Below, one piece after another: positions 1-14,480 of a stretch of DNA of 64,000 nt; positions within the stretch are counted from its first letter, which is position 1; each line of letters begins with the position of its first letter. Source of the stretch: the human T2T-CHM13v2.0 reference genome, Homo sapiens. The notes below the pieces were generated by a model. That model saw only the letters and a list, made by a program, of their open reading frames with translations, did not search any database and had not been told where the DNA came from. The translations under genes and the position numbers were made by a program. The stretch is from NCBI RefSeq assembly GCF_009914755.1, contig NC_060938.1. The stretch is one strand, 5' to 3'.

Positions 1-588
1 GCTTTATTCTAATGGAATAAAGAAGAGAGTTCTCCATGCTGATTAATAGAAAAATGTGTTGAATAATATTTCAAAAACAAAAAGACAATGAAGAAGTCAT
101 TGCTGGTGAGATTTGTGTTCCAGATTTTGCTAGTAAGATCTGGCAAGCCACTCTCCACACCTTCATTAAGATTATAAATGCTAGGTGAAAATGAGGAGGA
201 ATGGCTAGGATGTTATATTAGCCATAAAGGTGGTTTATTTTCTTGATTCTTCTGCTCAGTTCTTAGATGTGGTCTTGATTCTATACCCTTTGAAATATGA
301 GAGTGTTCAAAAAATTCATTTTGATGGATTTTATGCTTGCAATAGCGTGATATTCAAAAGCAGATCTTATACAACCAGAATTCTATCCTGACTTCTGTTG
401 TCTTCCTAAATTCCTTGAGTTATTTTTGGCAACTGCATAATAAGAATGATTTCTGATCAGTTTTTGCTTCATGAAATTAATTCTCATCCACCTTCTAAAT
501 CTTACCCTTACCCACTTCCTCTGTTTCTTTATTTACTTTGTGGAAAACTTCTACATTTACTCTTAAACTAGCTCAAATATAGTGTCTT

Positions 589-981
589 AATATTGCTGTT
601 CTCACTCATATGTGGGAGCTAAGAAGTTGATCTCTTGGAGGTAGAGAGTAAAATGAGAGATACCAAAGGCTGGGAAAGGTGTGCATAGGAGGGATGGGGT
701 AAACAGAGATGGGTTGATAGGTACAAACACACAGTTGAATAGAAGGAATAAGTTCTAATGTTCCATAGCAGAGTAGGGTGACTGTAGTTAACAAAAATGT
801 ACCATATATTTCAAAATAGCTAGAGGAGAGGACTTGAAATGGCTCCAACACATAGTAGTGTTGAATACTCAAGGTGATGGATACCCTAAATACCTTGACT
901 TCATCATTATACATTTTATGCATATAACAAAATATCAGAGGTGTCTCATAAATATGTACGTATATTATGTATCAGTTAAAA
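589..981 (+). mobile_element. L1 3' end, L1MA-type (5' truncated)
   Basis: tgttctcactcatatgtgggagctaa... atatttcaaaatagctagaggagaggacttgaa... ataaatatgtac...tatgtatcagttaaaaa matches the recalled L1MA 3' UTR. Confidence 0.85.
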
Positions 982-3004
982 ATATGTCTTCTTGGAATTG
1001 TTCTCTGCTTCATAGGGGGAGTAATCCCTCTCTGCTTGATGTTCCCATAGGACTTTGTATATAATTATTACAGCATTTATCACATTGTTTCATTTTATGT
1101 CTGGTTCTACAACTAATCTGTGAGTAACCCCAGTGGAATGGATAGTATTTTATACATCTTTTTTTTTCCATTCTTCTTTAAAACTTGTGGAATTTTACAC
1201 TAAGAAGTCACTAAGTGCCTGCTTGTTAGTTTTCTAGTACAGGGGTGATAAAAGTCATTTCTTTTTCCAACCACTATGTATTTAAGTTTTCAATAATGAA
1301 ACTGCAGAGAGATAAGATGGCTGGTTTTACATTTTGCGTAGTGGAGCAGTGGAATTGAAGAGTTCAAAGGTCAAGACACAGCCTTCCTATTTTTTCAAAC
1401 AGTCTTTACATACGATCTTGGCTAATAGTACAAATGAGAAGTGAACCAGACTCACATCTAATACATTTTCTGAATTTTTTTTTTCTGTAATTACATCTAG
1501 GGGAAGGAAGATTGATAATGTAAAGGACTAGGAGACAACATAATTATTGCTTCAAATAAAGCTTTTCAGCAAATGAAGCTTTTCAGGAAGGGAATGTTTA
1601 GAAAACAGATTTTCTATTGCTTTGTTCTCAGTCATCTAACTTTGCACACAACGACTCAGGTTACATGAGAGATTCCAAAATTTGGAGATAAGCCATTCAT
1701 CTTATGACAACAAATAGAGAAAGAAAACATAAAAACTATTTCAACCTATGTATGAAATCTGTATTTCAATTCAATTTAAACAAAAGTTGTGTAATATGTT
1801 CCTGAAAAATAATTTATGGAGCACCTTAGGCCTTGAAACTATTTTAAATCAATTAAAGTCATATTTGTTTTTCAAAAATTACTATTCTTAATAAGATAGT
1901 CCTCAATAATAGGAATGAGAAAATTTACCAAGAAGAATGTGTGGTTCTTTATTATTCAATATAAAAAAGTAATATTATATGGCTTCTATAAAAAGACCCA
2001 TAATACTGCTTAAACCGTGTCCCATAGGTGTGATTCCACAATAATGGGACAGATATCCCAGCACTTTTTAAATTTGGGCATAAAGACATAAGTAGCATAA
2101 ATATGTAAAAATCCAGGAAACTAAAGATTATTATAATTTTTCAGTTCTGCCATTTTAATAAATTTTCATAAAGCAAAATCTAGTCTATGATGAATAAAAT
2201 ATAAAAATCTTTTAAAAAAATCTGACCTGAGGACATAAATTGTAATATTGTATATAGGACCTGGTATTAATCTTTCCAATACATTCAGTGAGGTCCATGT
2301 CCTTTCTATAGTCTAATTAAAAAAACATATCAGTGGAGAAGTAAAGCACAAATTGTGGTGATGGGCAGAAAATTAACTTAATGAGAAAGCCATATTTAGA
2401 GAATTTCACCTTATCGAATAAAAATATGATTAATAAAAGAACATTAAAGGGAGTGTATTTTATACTGTTTGTTCATTAACAAATGGAAAAGAGACAGAAC
2501 AAAATGGTTTAAATTAAAATAAATTATATTTAAACAGGATTAATATAACAAAGTTTCCTAGCTAACAAATTCCCTTCATGAGAATTAAAGTTATTCTCAG
2601 GTTACTCTCTATGGCTTGAAGGAAAAGTGGAGCATATTTGTTAGATTTAGTGTGGCCCTGTACAGCTAAAGTTAAAATCATAATGTATTAGATGGTATGA
2701 AGGGCCAAGCAAGACATATTTCATTGCAATACAGCTTCTGTTACTTACTACCCGAGTAAATGCTTGAAAGGAGAAAAACAATATGTGTCACTATTTTCAG
2801 CTGTAAAATGGGAACACTTATCTCTAAAAAGGCTTGGTTAAAGACATTAGATTAAATGAGAAATGCAACATTACCCATTTTGGATTATCATAAACTTAAT
2901 TTCCTTTCATTTCCCACCTTCATCATTTTTACGTTCTGAGAAATAAAAATGTAAACGTTTAAATTGATTTAGGAATATTTGTTTTTGTTTATTATGAAGT
3001 AGCC

Positions 3005-4960
<1,956 letters not shown>

Positions 4961-5164
4961 AAAAGTAGATTTAAAACTATTAATAGTTAAATGGTGGGTG
5001 ATAGTTTCAACTATTTATTGGTATTCTTAATTTTTATCTTGAGTTCAAGCTTGCAATGAATTGTAGTAGTCACCTTATAAAACATGTTCATAAAGTAGCA
5101 GATTATAGACCTTGTTTTTATGACTTTGAAAATCCACATATTCATTAGTGTTCTTAAGAAGACT

Positions 5165-5300
5165 TAGATGACTGGTCAATAGGTGCAGCAAACCACCATG
5201 GCACATGTATACCTATGTAATAAACCTGCACGTTCTGCACATGTAGCCAGGGTTTTTTTTTTCATAAGAAATAAAGAAAAACAAAAATCTTAAAGAAAGA
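5165..5300 (+). mobile_element. Short L1PA 3' terminal fragment (L1PA8-like)
   Basis: taggtgcagcaaaccaccatggcacatgtatacctatgtaataaacctgcacgttctgcacatgta followed by an A-rich tail. Confidence 0.9.
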
Positions 5301-7859
5301 AAGCAAAGTTACCATTAGAAGGCTGTGATTAAAGTAGTACAATTGTTTTTTCTCTTGCTTATCTACTATGACTTATTCCTGCAACTGGTTAGCCTTTCAA
5401 AACTTCTAAGTTCGAAACAACATGTGGAAGACTTGCTCATGTTCAATTGTTTTTTCGTTTTTTACATATTTTCTGTGTAATTTTGTGGTTTTCACATTCA
5501 AGAATAAAGGCAGCATTTCAATTACTTTGTAAAAGTATGCTTGAAATAACCAAAAATTTAAGAATAATAATGGACTGCATTTATTAAGACTTTAATAAAT
5601 TAGATATTGGGTATTTTAAAATACAGAATGAAGCCAATATTTCCATATTTATCTGTCATTCTTTCCTACAAATTAGCTTAGTTTGGCACTTAGTATTAAT
5701 GTTTCAGGTTATAAAATAGAAATAAATCAGTGTAAATGTAAGTATAGCATAAGAGAGTTCCAAAAATATATCATTTTCAAAATGACAGTGGTGGAGGGGG
5801 ACATAATATATGAGTTATACAAACACATTTAATCTTTGTGAAATTTTTCCCAGCTGTAACTCAATCTTTCCTTCATCTTTGCTTCCTGAATACTCCACCT
5901 CCTCCAGTAAGTGGAAAGCCTTCAATATCTTGTGGTCCATATAGAGGTCACTCTTCACTCTCATATTTTCTACCTTGTCTCTGATAGTCTTTAGCTCAGC
6001 TTGAACTTAGTAGGTAACTTATATGTGAACATAGGAGCTAACCTGAGAATGCGTCAGATTAATGGTGTTTAAAGTACATGAAAGTGATCAGCTTCTGTGA
6101 ATTTTCTTCCCCTTACAGTTGTGCGTATGGCCTGATTCATCAGTGAAACATCCAGGAACTTCTTCAGATTCCGCAGATACCGACTTTTTGCTTGAAAGAT
6201 TAAACGTTGCACATTCTTTTCTAGACCTAGGCCAACGTTATTAAAGGGAGCTTTGTTTTAGAAGTTTTAATTCAATAATTGCTGATGTCCTGTTCATTCC
6301 ATAGAGAGCCCTACTTCTGTGAAAAGATGGAATATACAAAGAGTTTAATTTTTTGTTATGTCACTGTATGCATCTTATCAGCAAATGTTATTGCATCTGA
6401 AAGTTGAACTTCTTTTTGATCCTTATTAATAAGGAAAGGCAAAAAACATTTAATTTGGTAAAGAGAATACAATCACCTTCCATATGGAAAGCAAATCGTG
6501 AAATATGTTAATTTAAAAGAAAAATGAGACTCAAAATAGTTGGGAAATTGAAATTTTGCTTTACAATATTCTCTTTTGGTAGAAAAAAAAATCTGTACTT
6601 AAAATAAGATTTCCACATGATAGTGACAGCTTTTGAGACAGAAAAGCACAACATCTACAAAGCAGTGAATCAAGACACTACTGAGATTTCAGATGGGAAA
6701 GGTACTTTTAGAAAACAGCACATTTAATTGGAAAAATCATTTCTTCATGTTTGACCTGCTTAGTTTAATGGAGATGTTTGAGTAGAGGGCCAGACCACTT
6801 CACTGAATGCTCCTGAAGCAGGAAAATAGGGTCTTATCTTATCCAAACTGTGTGTGGACAAGTATTTTCAACTTTCTTTTTGGTGAGTGACAGTTAGTTA
6901 TGTTCTATAAGTCTTTTGACTGGATGAGAGATACAGGGATGAGTTCTTGTCACCGTGTGAGGTAAAAATTAACTCATTCATTAATTTAAAAGAATATATA
7001 GTTAAAGAGTCATATTAAATAAAAAATGCTGAGTATAAGTAAGATGGATTCTTGTTTGAAATAAGAAGCAACCAGTTTACCCTTGCTTTGCTAATTTAAA
7101 AACTCATTAAAGATTTTATACTTTAAAAGACAGTGTACCTTTAATCTTCTTCAAATTGAACTGTTTTAATAAGTCATTAACACTGAAATAATAATCAATG
7201 TATATGGTATGATCATGGTTATAGTGATCAATAATTATTTTGAAGTTTTTTTTCTAGTTTAGTTAATGATACCATGGAAAAATTACAAAAGAATGAGTTG
7301 TTAGAGTTGTGTAGCAGATAGCCAACCAAGGCCTACTAAATTAAATCTAAGAAAGGTATTATTTTGTATTCCAGGAAATAAGAAGCTTAGTTTGTTTTAT
7401 GTACTTTTTCCTTGTTTTTCTCTACTAATACTGGTAAATATATTGCATCAAAATGGCAATAATTTTTTTTTTACTTTTTACCTCTTAGGAAAGAGTGCTT
7501 GCTAACTATAGCATACACTTTGTTTTATAAACTAGTATGTTAGATATATTACCAATGCCTCTGTGATGAATAAATGCTCTACTGATCACATGTAAAAACT
7601 CACAGCTGCTTCTCCACAGCTCCCAGATTTCTCATATTTTCCTGTCATTGCTAAGTATAATTGTTTGCACATTAGCTTTTAATGTGAAACTTAGCCAGAT
7701 ACAGCAAGGTAAGATTTAATAATAATGACTGTATTTATAGTTCTCCAAGAGTCAGGGAGCTCAACTGTGTTCACATCCCCCAAATTGTGTAAATGTGGAT
7801 CCTGGGGATGATTGCAGGACATACAGCAAGTTGACAGCAAACCTGGACAACAATAGTAT

Positions 7860-8045
7860 TTTATACGTCTATAAATGTTTTACAACTGTCAACACACTTT
7901 CCAAAATTATCTCATTATATTCTCAAAATAGCTCTAGGAAATAAGTAGTCTAGACATTATTTCTTTATCTTTCCTCCTCTTATGGAAGAGTAATTTAGGG
8001 GATGGGGAGTCTGTATGACTTAACCAAAGTCACAGGGTTAGCAAA
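7860..8045 (-). mobile_element. MIR SINE, degenerate
   Basis: atctcattatattctcaaaatagctctagg ... gacttaaccaaagtcacagggttag resembles the reverse-strand MIR core. Confidence 0.55.
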
Positions 8046-8084
8046 AAACAACCAGTAGAAAACCTTAATTTCCTTGGGAATAGC

Positions 8085-8670
8085 CACCATTCCCTTCAAA
8101 TATTTACTCAGCACCACTGTGGACCAAACACTATTTTAAGAATACATCAGTGAGTGGCCCAAACAAACTCAGTGTCTGTTCTTTTAGAGCTTTTTTATAA
8201 TATATTCTAGTAGGGAAAATATATACTAAACACATTAAGGTAAAAATACATATTAAAATTTTCTATAATTATACATACTATAAAAATGAAAACACAATAA
8301 TGAAGTGGTTGGCGACAGTGGCAATGGTGACTAGTTTTAGTAGAATGGTCAGGGACACACTATTTGATGAGGTCACAGTGACATAAAGACCTGAATGATG
8401 AGAATAAACAAGTGATGAAAAATTTATGGAAAGGCCTTTCTAGGCAGAAGGAACAGCACTCATATGAGGGAAGGGGTATATTTGATATACACTGGACAAT
8501 GTGGCCTCAGACTACTGAGAGGGTATGAGGGGAGAAAAGGGAAGGGCAGAAGGTCAGCAGACAGATGATCTTGGTGAGACGCTTGAGTTTTATCATCACT
8601 TGCATGTGGAAGTCACCGCATAATTTTCACAGGGAAGGGTACATTTTAAAGAGATCTTTTTGAATGCTGT
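8085..8670 (-). mobile_element. L2 3' fragment
   Basis: caaatatttactcagcacc..., tggtcagggacacactatttgatgaggtcaca, gacctgaatgatgag, tttctaggcagaaggaacagca are typical reverse-strand L2 motifs. Confidence 0.7.
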
Positions 8671-8923
8671 TTTACTTTTTATTTACAATGTAATCTTCAT
8701 TTCATTTTATAAAGTGAAACCTAATTTTAAAGTATCTTTTGTCGAGGAACATGTTGGTGTTTAGAATTAGCTCTATATTAAAACTTGTCTGCACATTTGC
8801 ATGCCATGCAATATTCTGGATTCCACTTCCTTTATCAGGAAGACGGATGAATAATGACTATCTATTCATCCATGAGGGCTAGCATAACACATGGTGATAT
8901 GACATATATACCAGGCAACAGTA

Positions 8924-9054
8924 TTTTTTTAATTTGTAGAGACAGGGTCTTTCTATTTTGCCCAGGCTGGTCTCAAATACCTGGGCTCAAGCCATCCTCA
9001 GACCTCTGCCTCCCAAAGCTTTGGGACTGCAGACATGTTCTACCATGCCTGGCC
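8924..9054 (-). mobile_element. FLAM/free left Alu monomer
   Basis: Single arm gtagagacagggtct...ctgggctcaagccatcctc...ccatgcctggcc with cagtattt on both sides. Confidence 0.9.
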
Positions 9055-10718
9055 AGTATTTGTTTGTTTTTTATAAATAAGGTACTATTATTAACTTAGA
9101 AAAACTCTGTTAAAATTAGGGCTTACCAGTTAGATATAGGGCTTACCAAAAATACATTGATTAAATATCCTGAATGTCTATTGTTTAAGGGTTATTTTGA
9201 AATATAGATGGACAGAGGATAAGCTACATAAATTTGTCCTTTACATTTTGATCTTTAAACTTTAAATGAAATGGGAAGTCTTAGGCTACAGAAAACAGAA
9301 ACTTATACCAGATGGCAATAGCACACAGATGCATTTCTTTAAAACGGAAATATATAATTCATGTTTATAATGCAAATTCTCCAAGAGAAAAGGCTGCATT
9401 TGGTTATTTAGATTGTCAGTAGATTTGGTAATAAATTCATATATATCTGGGTGTTTTAAAAAAGTTTGTTAATTAATAGCTAATGAGAGATGACATCAGT
9501 GGGAGGTGACATTTATGAAAGGTTTTAGAAGATAATGGTAAAAGTTTCAAAATTAGGTTTTTCACAATTTTTAAATGTCAATGAGCATTACAAACCTTGC
9601 TCACAATTCTTTGTAAAGCTCTTGGTTCACTTCCTAAAGCTTTCCCCTGTTATGAAAAATGTAAAAATAAGCTTCTTAGGAAAAGATCATTTTTTTCCAA
9701 AATCAATAGCAGCAAAGACAAATACCTTGGAAGTCACATGCCATTTTCACTGGGCTAAATTTTCTATAGACAAATGCAGATTTATATTGGTAAGTAAAGA
9801 GAAACAGTTTTTATGAGTGCAAGTATTTATGAGCCCAGATGAACTAAAGTCCATAGTAGGACTCATTAGTCAAGGCACACACACACAAAAATCCTGGGCT
9901 GTATACAAAACAAGATAACTTCATTGTGTATAACATATTTCATGTAAACTGCATTCCAAAAAATGTTTTACAGTGTTAAATTATAAAAGGCCTTGGATAG
10001 TACATGTAAATTATGGACTATAAATTATAGAAGCATGTAAATACATTGCATTGTGGCTAAATTAAGTATTTAATCATAATGCCAAGAGCTGAGGATGAAG
10101 GGAAATAAGAATCACAAGCAAAAATAGGAAATATAAAAAGAATATTTTAATACAGTATCTATAGTCAGAGAAAGGATGCACTGGACTACAGATAGGATGA
10201 GAGAAATGTCCAAATACAGAAAACTGTGAATAGACAATTGAAAAAATTATAAGAAAGCAAATAATAATAAGAGACCTTGGAAGTCAACTGTACTGGGCAA
10301 CTCTGGGCAGTTGGCTCATAGCTCACACAGCTGTTTAGCTTTAAACACATAGCAATGACAAATATCAAAAGATACAATCTCAGAAATTAGATCTGCAGCT
10401 CTGTGAATCAGAAATTCAAACTAGGCAGTTGGACTAAATCTGAGGATCTGTTGGATTCTGGAGGAGGTGGCTGGGAGCTCAGTGTTTGTGAGTAAAGAGA
10501 ATATAGATAATAGAACATAAATGGTTCTATAATAAGATGGTGAGTCAGCATGAATTCCAAAGCTTGCAGCTAAGAACTGAAGCAGGACTCTCAAGCATGT
10601 GGAACAAAGTTGAAAAAAAAATGCTGTAGGTTGGGTTTTCGTTTTAAGCTAACTGAGAACCTAGAGAAATGGAGACAAGTGCACAGCCTAATGACAAAGA
10701 ATAGATCCAAATAATCCA

Positions 10719-10811
10719 TAGTTATGTAACTGGATCTGTGAAAGCATCAATCCATCTTTTGTGATGCCATCTCTTGGTATTGATGGTATCACAGATCTAG
10801 TTACATAACTA
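10719..10811. repeat. Inverted repeat, 33-bp arms (30/33 match), hairpin
   Basis: tagttatgtaactggatctgtgaaagcatcaat (10719-10751) versus the reverse complement of 10779-10811, tagttatgtaactagatctgtgataccatcaat. Confidence 0.95.
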
Positions 10812-11932
10812 GAAAAATAATCAACCATCACCAATAACAAGAGACAGCAGGCAAAATCACAAAATACCTTACATTATTTTAACTTAAACACTGAAGAAAG
10901 TCAAAAGCATAATGGAAATCTAAAGAGGCAGAATTTAAGTTTTAGAAACCATACAAGTAAATATCAGTCAATACCACATTTTGTCTTGATTCTGTCCTAA
11001 GAGTCATCTGTTATGCTAATAGAATTGTATGAGGGGAAAAATATAAAAGGCTAGCAGGAGTTAAATCATGTGATCTTTAGTCTACTTTTGCGTCACTGCT
11101 TGGAGAAAAATCAGGACTCCAATAACATGGATTGTGCTCCTGCATTTACCATTCACCCAGAAGGTTAGAGTTACTTAGAGTGAAAGATACTGGAGGAGTT
11201 ATCCAAGATTGCTGTAGAGGATAATCCCCAAATGCCACTAATGTCTTATTTCTAGTCTGAGAGTTTAGATATCTAGCCTGAGACAATCACAAAAGTTAGA
11301 CAAAGAAATGAGCGAAAAACAAACAACACATACAAACAAACCAAAAAACAAACAAACAAGCCAAAAACTACTCAAATACTGAGCTGGAAACCAAAGTCCC
11401 AAGTTTTATAAGAGGTTCTAATGTTAACAAAAACAACCTACAGAATCAATGACTAGAACATAAATTCACTCTAAATTTATATATAAATTTAGACAATAAA
11501 CACTAGCTTGAACACACTGAAGAGAGAAATGGCGAATTTTATTTCCTGATATACAAGTTCTTGAAAGTACTTGATAAACCCTTGCTCTCCAAACATCTAG
11601 AGTGATAAAGATATTTCTAAAAAGGATAAGCAATGGACCTGGATGTTCTAATTACACATAAAAGAAACATTCTAACAATATTTGTGTAGAAAGCAGCTGG
11701 ATATAGGCAAAATTTTTTAAAAAAAAGTAATTCATAGATTGAATTATTGGAGAAAAAGGAAGGATAAAGATAAATTTACAACCACACATTTTATAGTAAA
11801 TGTGCATTTCATCACTGATAAAGAGAAACTGTTAAAACTACCAGAAAGATAAAAGTGATCATATGCAAAAGATTTAATTAAGGCTGATCACAGACTTCTC
11901 ACCTGACAGAAGATGAAGAATAAATACCCTTG

Positions 11933-12860
11933 TCATGTAGTTTGGTTATTTGTCCCCACCCAAATCTCATGTTGAATCTTAATCCCAATGCTGGAGGTGG
12001 GGCCTGCTAGCAGGTGTTTGGACCATAGGAGCAGAACCCTCATTGCTTGTTGCTGTTTTAGTGAAACTGAGTTCTTGCAAGAACTGGTCATTTAACCCTT
12101 TTCAACTCTACCCTGAGAAAACTTGCAGCTGCAGCATTTATCCCGAGATAACTTTGCCACAAACTATTTCCCTTTCATTATTATTTTCACATTGCTCTAG
12201 CACAGTGACTGAAAACAAAAGACATCATTCCATTTATACCATTCTGTTTTTAGTAGCGGTATTTCCATTGACAAAATATAGTAATTCTCAATTGCTGAAA
12301 ATGTCAAATCCTGGAAAACGTAGCATTCCTACACATGATATTAACATCATTCTCCAGCAGTTGTTGGCTGGAATCATTTGATGAATTTGATTTTTCTGAA
12401 ATAGACAATTCTGATCATTCAGATGATTCTGATGTTAGTTTTGTTTAGAAATAACTCCAAGAACAGTTTCTATATTTTCTTTTCACATTGAAAATCAGTC
12501 AGATTTTGTTCAACCTCAAAGAGTGTGTTTACATAAAATTAAACGAGTGTTGGCAGTGAGCTGCAGGGTTTTTTATTCTTAAACAGGAAAAGGGTTAAAG
12601 GTGTGTGGCTCCTCCCCCTGCCCCCCCGCCCCCCCGCCATGTTCTCTCTCTCTCTTGCTCTGGTTTTTTCCATATGACGTTCCTGTTTCCCTTCAACTTC
12701 CGCCATGATTGTAACCTTCCTGAGGTGTCTCTGGAAGCCAAGCAGATACCAGCACCACAATTCCTGTAAAGCCTGCAGAAGAGTGAACCCATTAAACCTC
12801 TTTTATTTATAAACTACCTAGTATCAGATTTTTATAGCACTGCAACAATAGTCTAATACA
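11933..12860 (+). mobile_element. MaLR solo LTR, MSTA/MSTB type (split by MER75)
   Basis: tttgg...tgtccccacccaaatctcatgttgaa start, attaaacctctttt polyA region, ctaataca end; 5-bp TSD ccttg at 11928-11932 and 12861-12865. Confidence 0.92.
12096..12594 (+). mobile_element. MER75 non-autonomous piggyBac DNA transposon
   Basis: TTAA at 12092-12095 and 12595-12598; termini cccttttc...gaaaaggg; interior (cccgagataactttgccac, gattctgatgttagtt...gtttagaaataactccaagaacag) matches recalled MER75. Confidence 0.92.
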
Positions 12861-14003
12861 CCTTGTAAAACTAAGAGAATATAATTCCAGTATTATATAT
12901 CATCCAAACTGCCACTCTAGACCAAGGACAGGATATTGAGACATACAAATGTAAGAGAGTTTAACACTCTATGACTCAAGCTAAAAGAGTGAGTAAAGGC
13001 TATACTTCACTGAGAAGAGTGAAACCAGAGAGAGGAAATGATACAAAAAACATCATTGAGCACAGAGTATGCCCTGGCTAACTTCATTAAGATTGACTCA
13101 AAAGTAATAAGTATTTTGTATTTAAAATTATATGAAACTTAAACTCTATAATTAGTTCTATGAGAAAGAAGACTCAATAGGCCATCAATATGCATGAAAA
13201 GTTCCTGAAGGTCCCTTAGTTATGTAAAGTAACATCTAGAGTTACCTATGTATGTGACAACATTGTCACACCACTAAAATGATTGGAATATATTCTAGAT
13301 GCTTCAAACCAGAAATGGGAGGGGGGATATCAAGAACTTGATCAATCCAGTCAAAATTTTAAAGGAGGGGTGGGGAGAGATTTCAAATAAAATGGAGAGC
13401 ATACGGAAAACAAGATGGTACTATACATATACACAATCACAATAAATATAAAATATTAAGTTTTCATATTGAAATTATTATTATACTGGATTAAGAACAA
13501 TTCCATCAATACAAAATCAGCTATATTCTGTATATGGGGCACACTTAAATACAATACAGCAATGAAATCCCTTATGCCATGAAAACAATGGCAAATGAAA
13601 ATAGTAGGTAGAGATATATTAATGAGAGATAAAATGTACTTTACGGTGGAAGTATTAGTAAGGATGACACATGATACTACATAATAAAGAAAATACACAA
13701 ATCTCTTAAAGAAGATATAAAAGTCATTAATATATAATCACTTCACATCACGGCCTACAAATATATGAGGCATAAGGTAAAACACTTTCAATAAGCAATT
13801 AAGAAAATCAGTAGTGATGGGGAAGTTTTCCAGTACATATCCAGAAATTGATAAACCAGTTAGGAAGAGTAGTCAGTTAACAAAAACTACAGCATGTTCA
13901 AATTAACTGCTATTTACATAGGCCCTAGCCCTCCCAAAGGAGAAAAAAAATGCCAAAACCCTTGTATTTGCTTATTTTCATTTACAGTATAAGCGTCAAT
14001 ATA

Positions 14004-14357
14004 CGGTGATATCCCCCTATCTGCAGATTCCCTTTCTGTGGTTTCAGTTACCCGCAGCTCACTGCAGTCTGAAAATATTAAATTGAAAATTCCAGATGTA
14101 AACAATTTGTAAGTTTAAAATCACTACCCTTCTGAGTAGTGTGACAAAATCTGCTGCCATCTTACTCCTTCCCCTTCCAACCACATGAATCCTCCCTCTG
14201 TCCAAGAGATCTCACTGTAGATGCTCTCCAATTGTCAGTCACTTAGGAGCCTTCTCGGTTATCCATCAGATGGACCATCGTGGTATCACAGTACTTGTGT
14301 TTCAGTAACCCCTATTTTATTTAATGACGTCTCCAAAGCAAAAGAGTAGTAATGCTA
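14004..14357 (+). mobile_element. MER44/Tigger7-type TcMar DNA transposon, 5' part only
   Basis: TA followed by ...tttctgtggtttcagttacccgcag...gaaaatattaaattgaaaattccaga...ccaaagcaaaagagtagtaatgct; 3' TIR absent. Confidence 0.85.
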
Positions 14358-14480
14358 GCCGGGCACGGCGGCTCACGCCTGTAATCCTAGCACTTTGGGA
14401 GGCCGAGGCAGGCGGATCACGAGATCAGGAGATGGAGACCATCCTGGCTAACACGGTGAAACCCCGTCTCTACTAAAAAT
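14358..14480 (+). mobile_element. AluY-type left arm only
   Basis: gccgggcacggcggctcacgcc...ggatcacgag...accatcctggctaacacggtgaaaccccgtctctactaaaaat then abrupt end. Confidence 0.93.

Noticed and set aside
9117-9148. tagggcttacca repeated at 20-bp spacing (similar 17-bp tandem near 1554-1587)
   Set aside because: Ordinary micro-duplications with no further structure
12043-12381. ORF overlapping MER75 as a possible piggyBac transposase
   Set aside because: The element is only 499 bp, non-autonomous, and the peptide shows no transposase motifs
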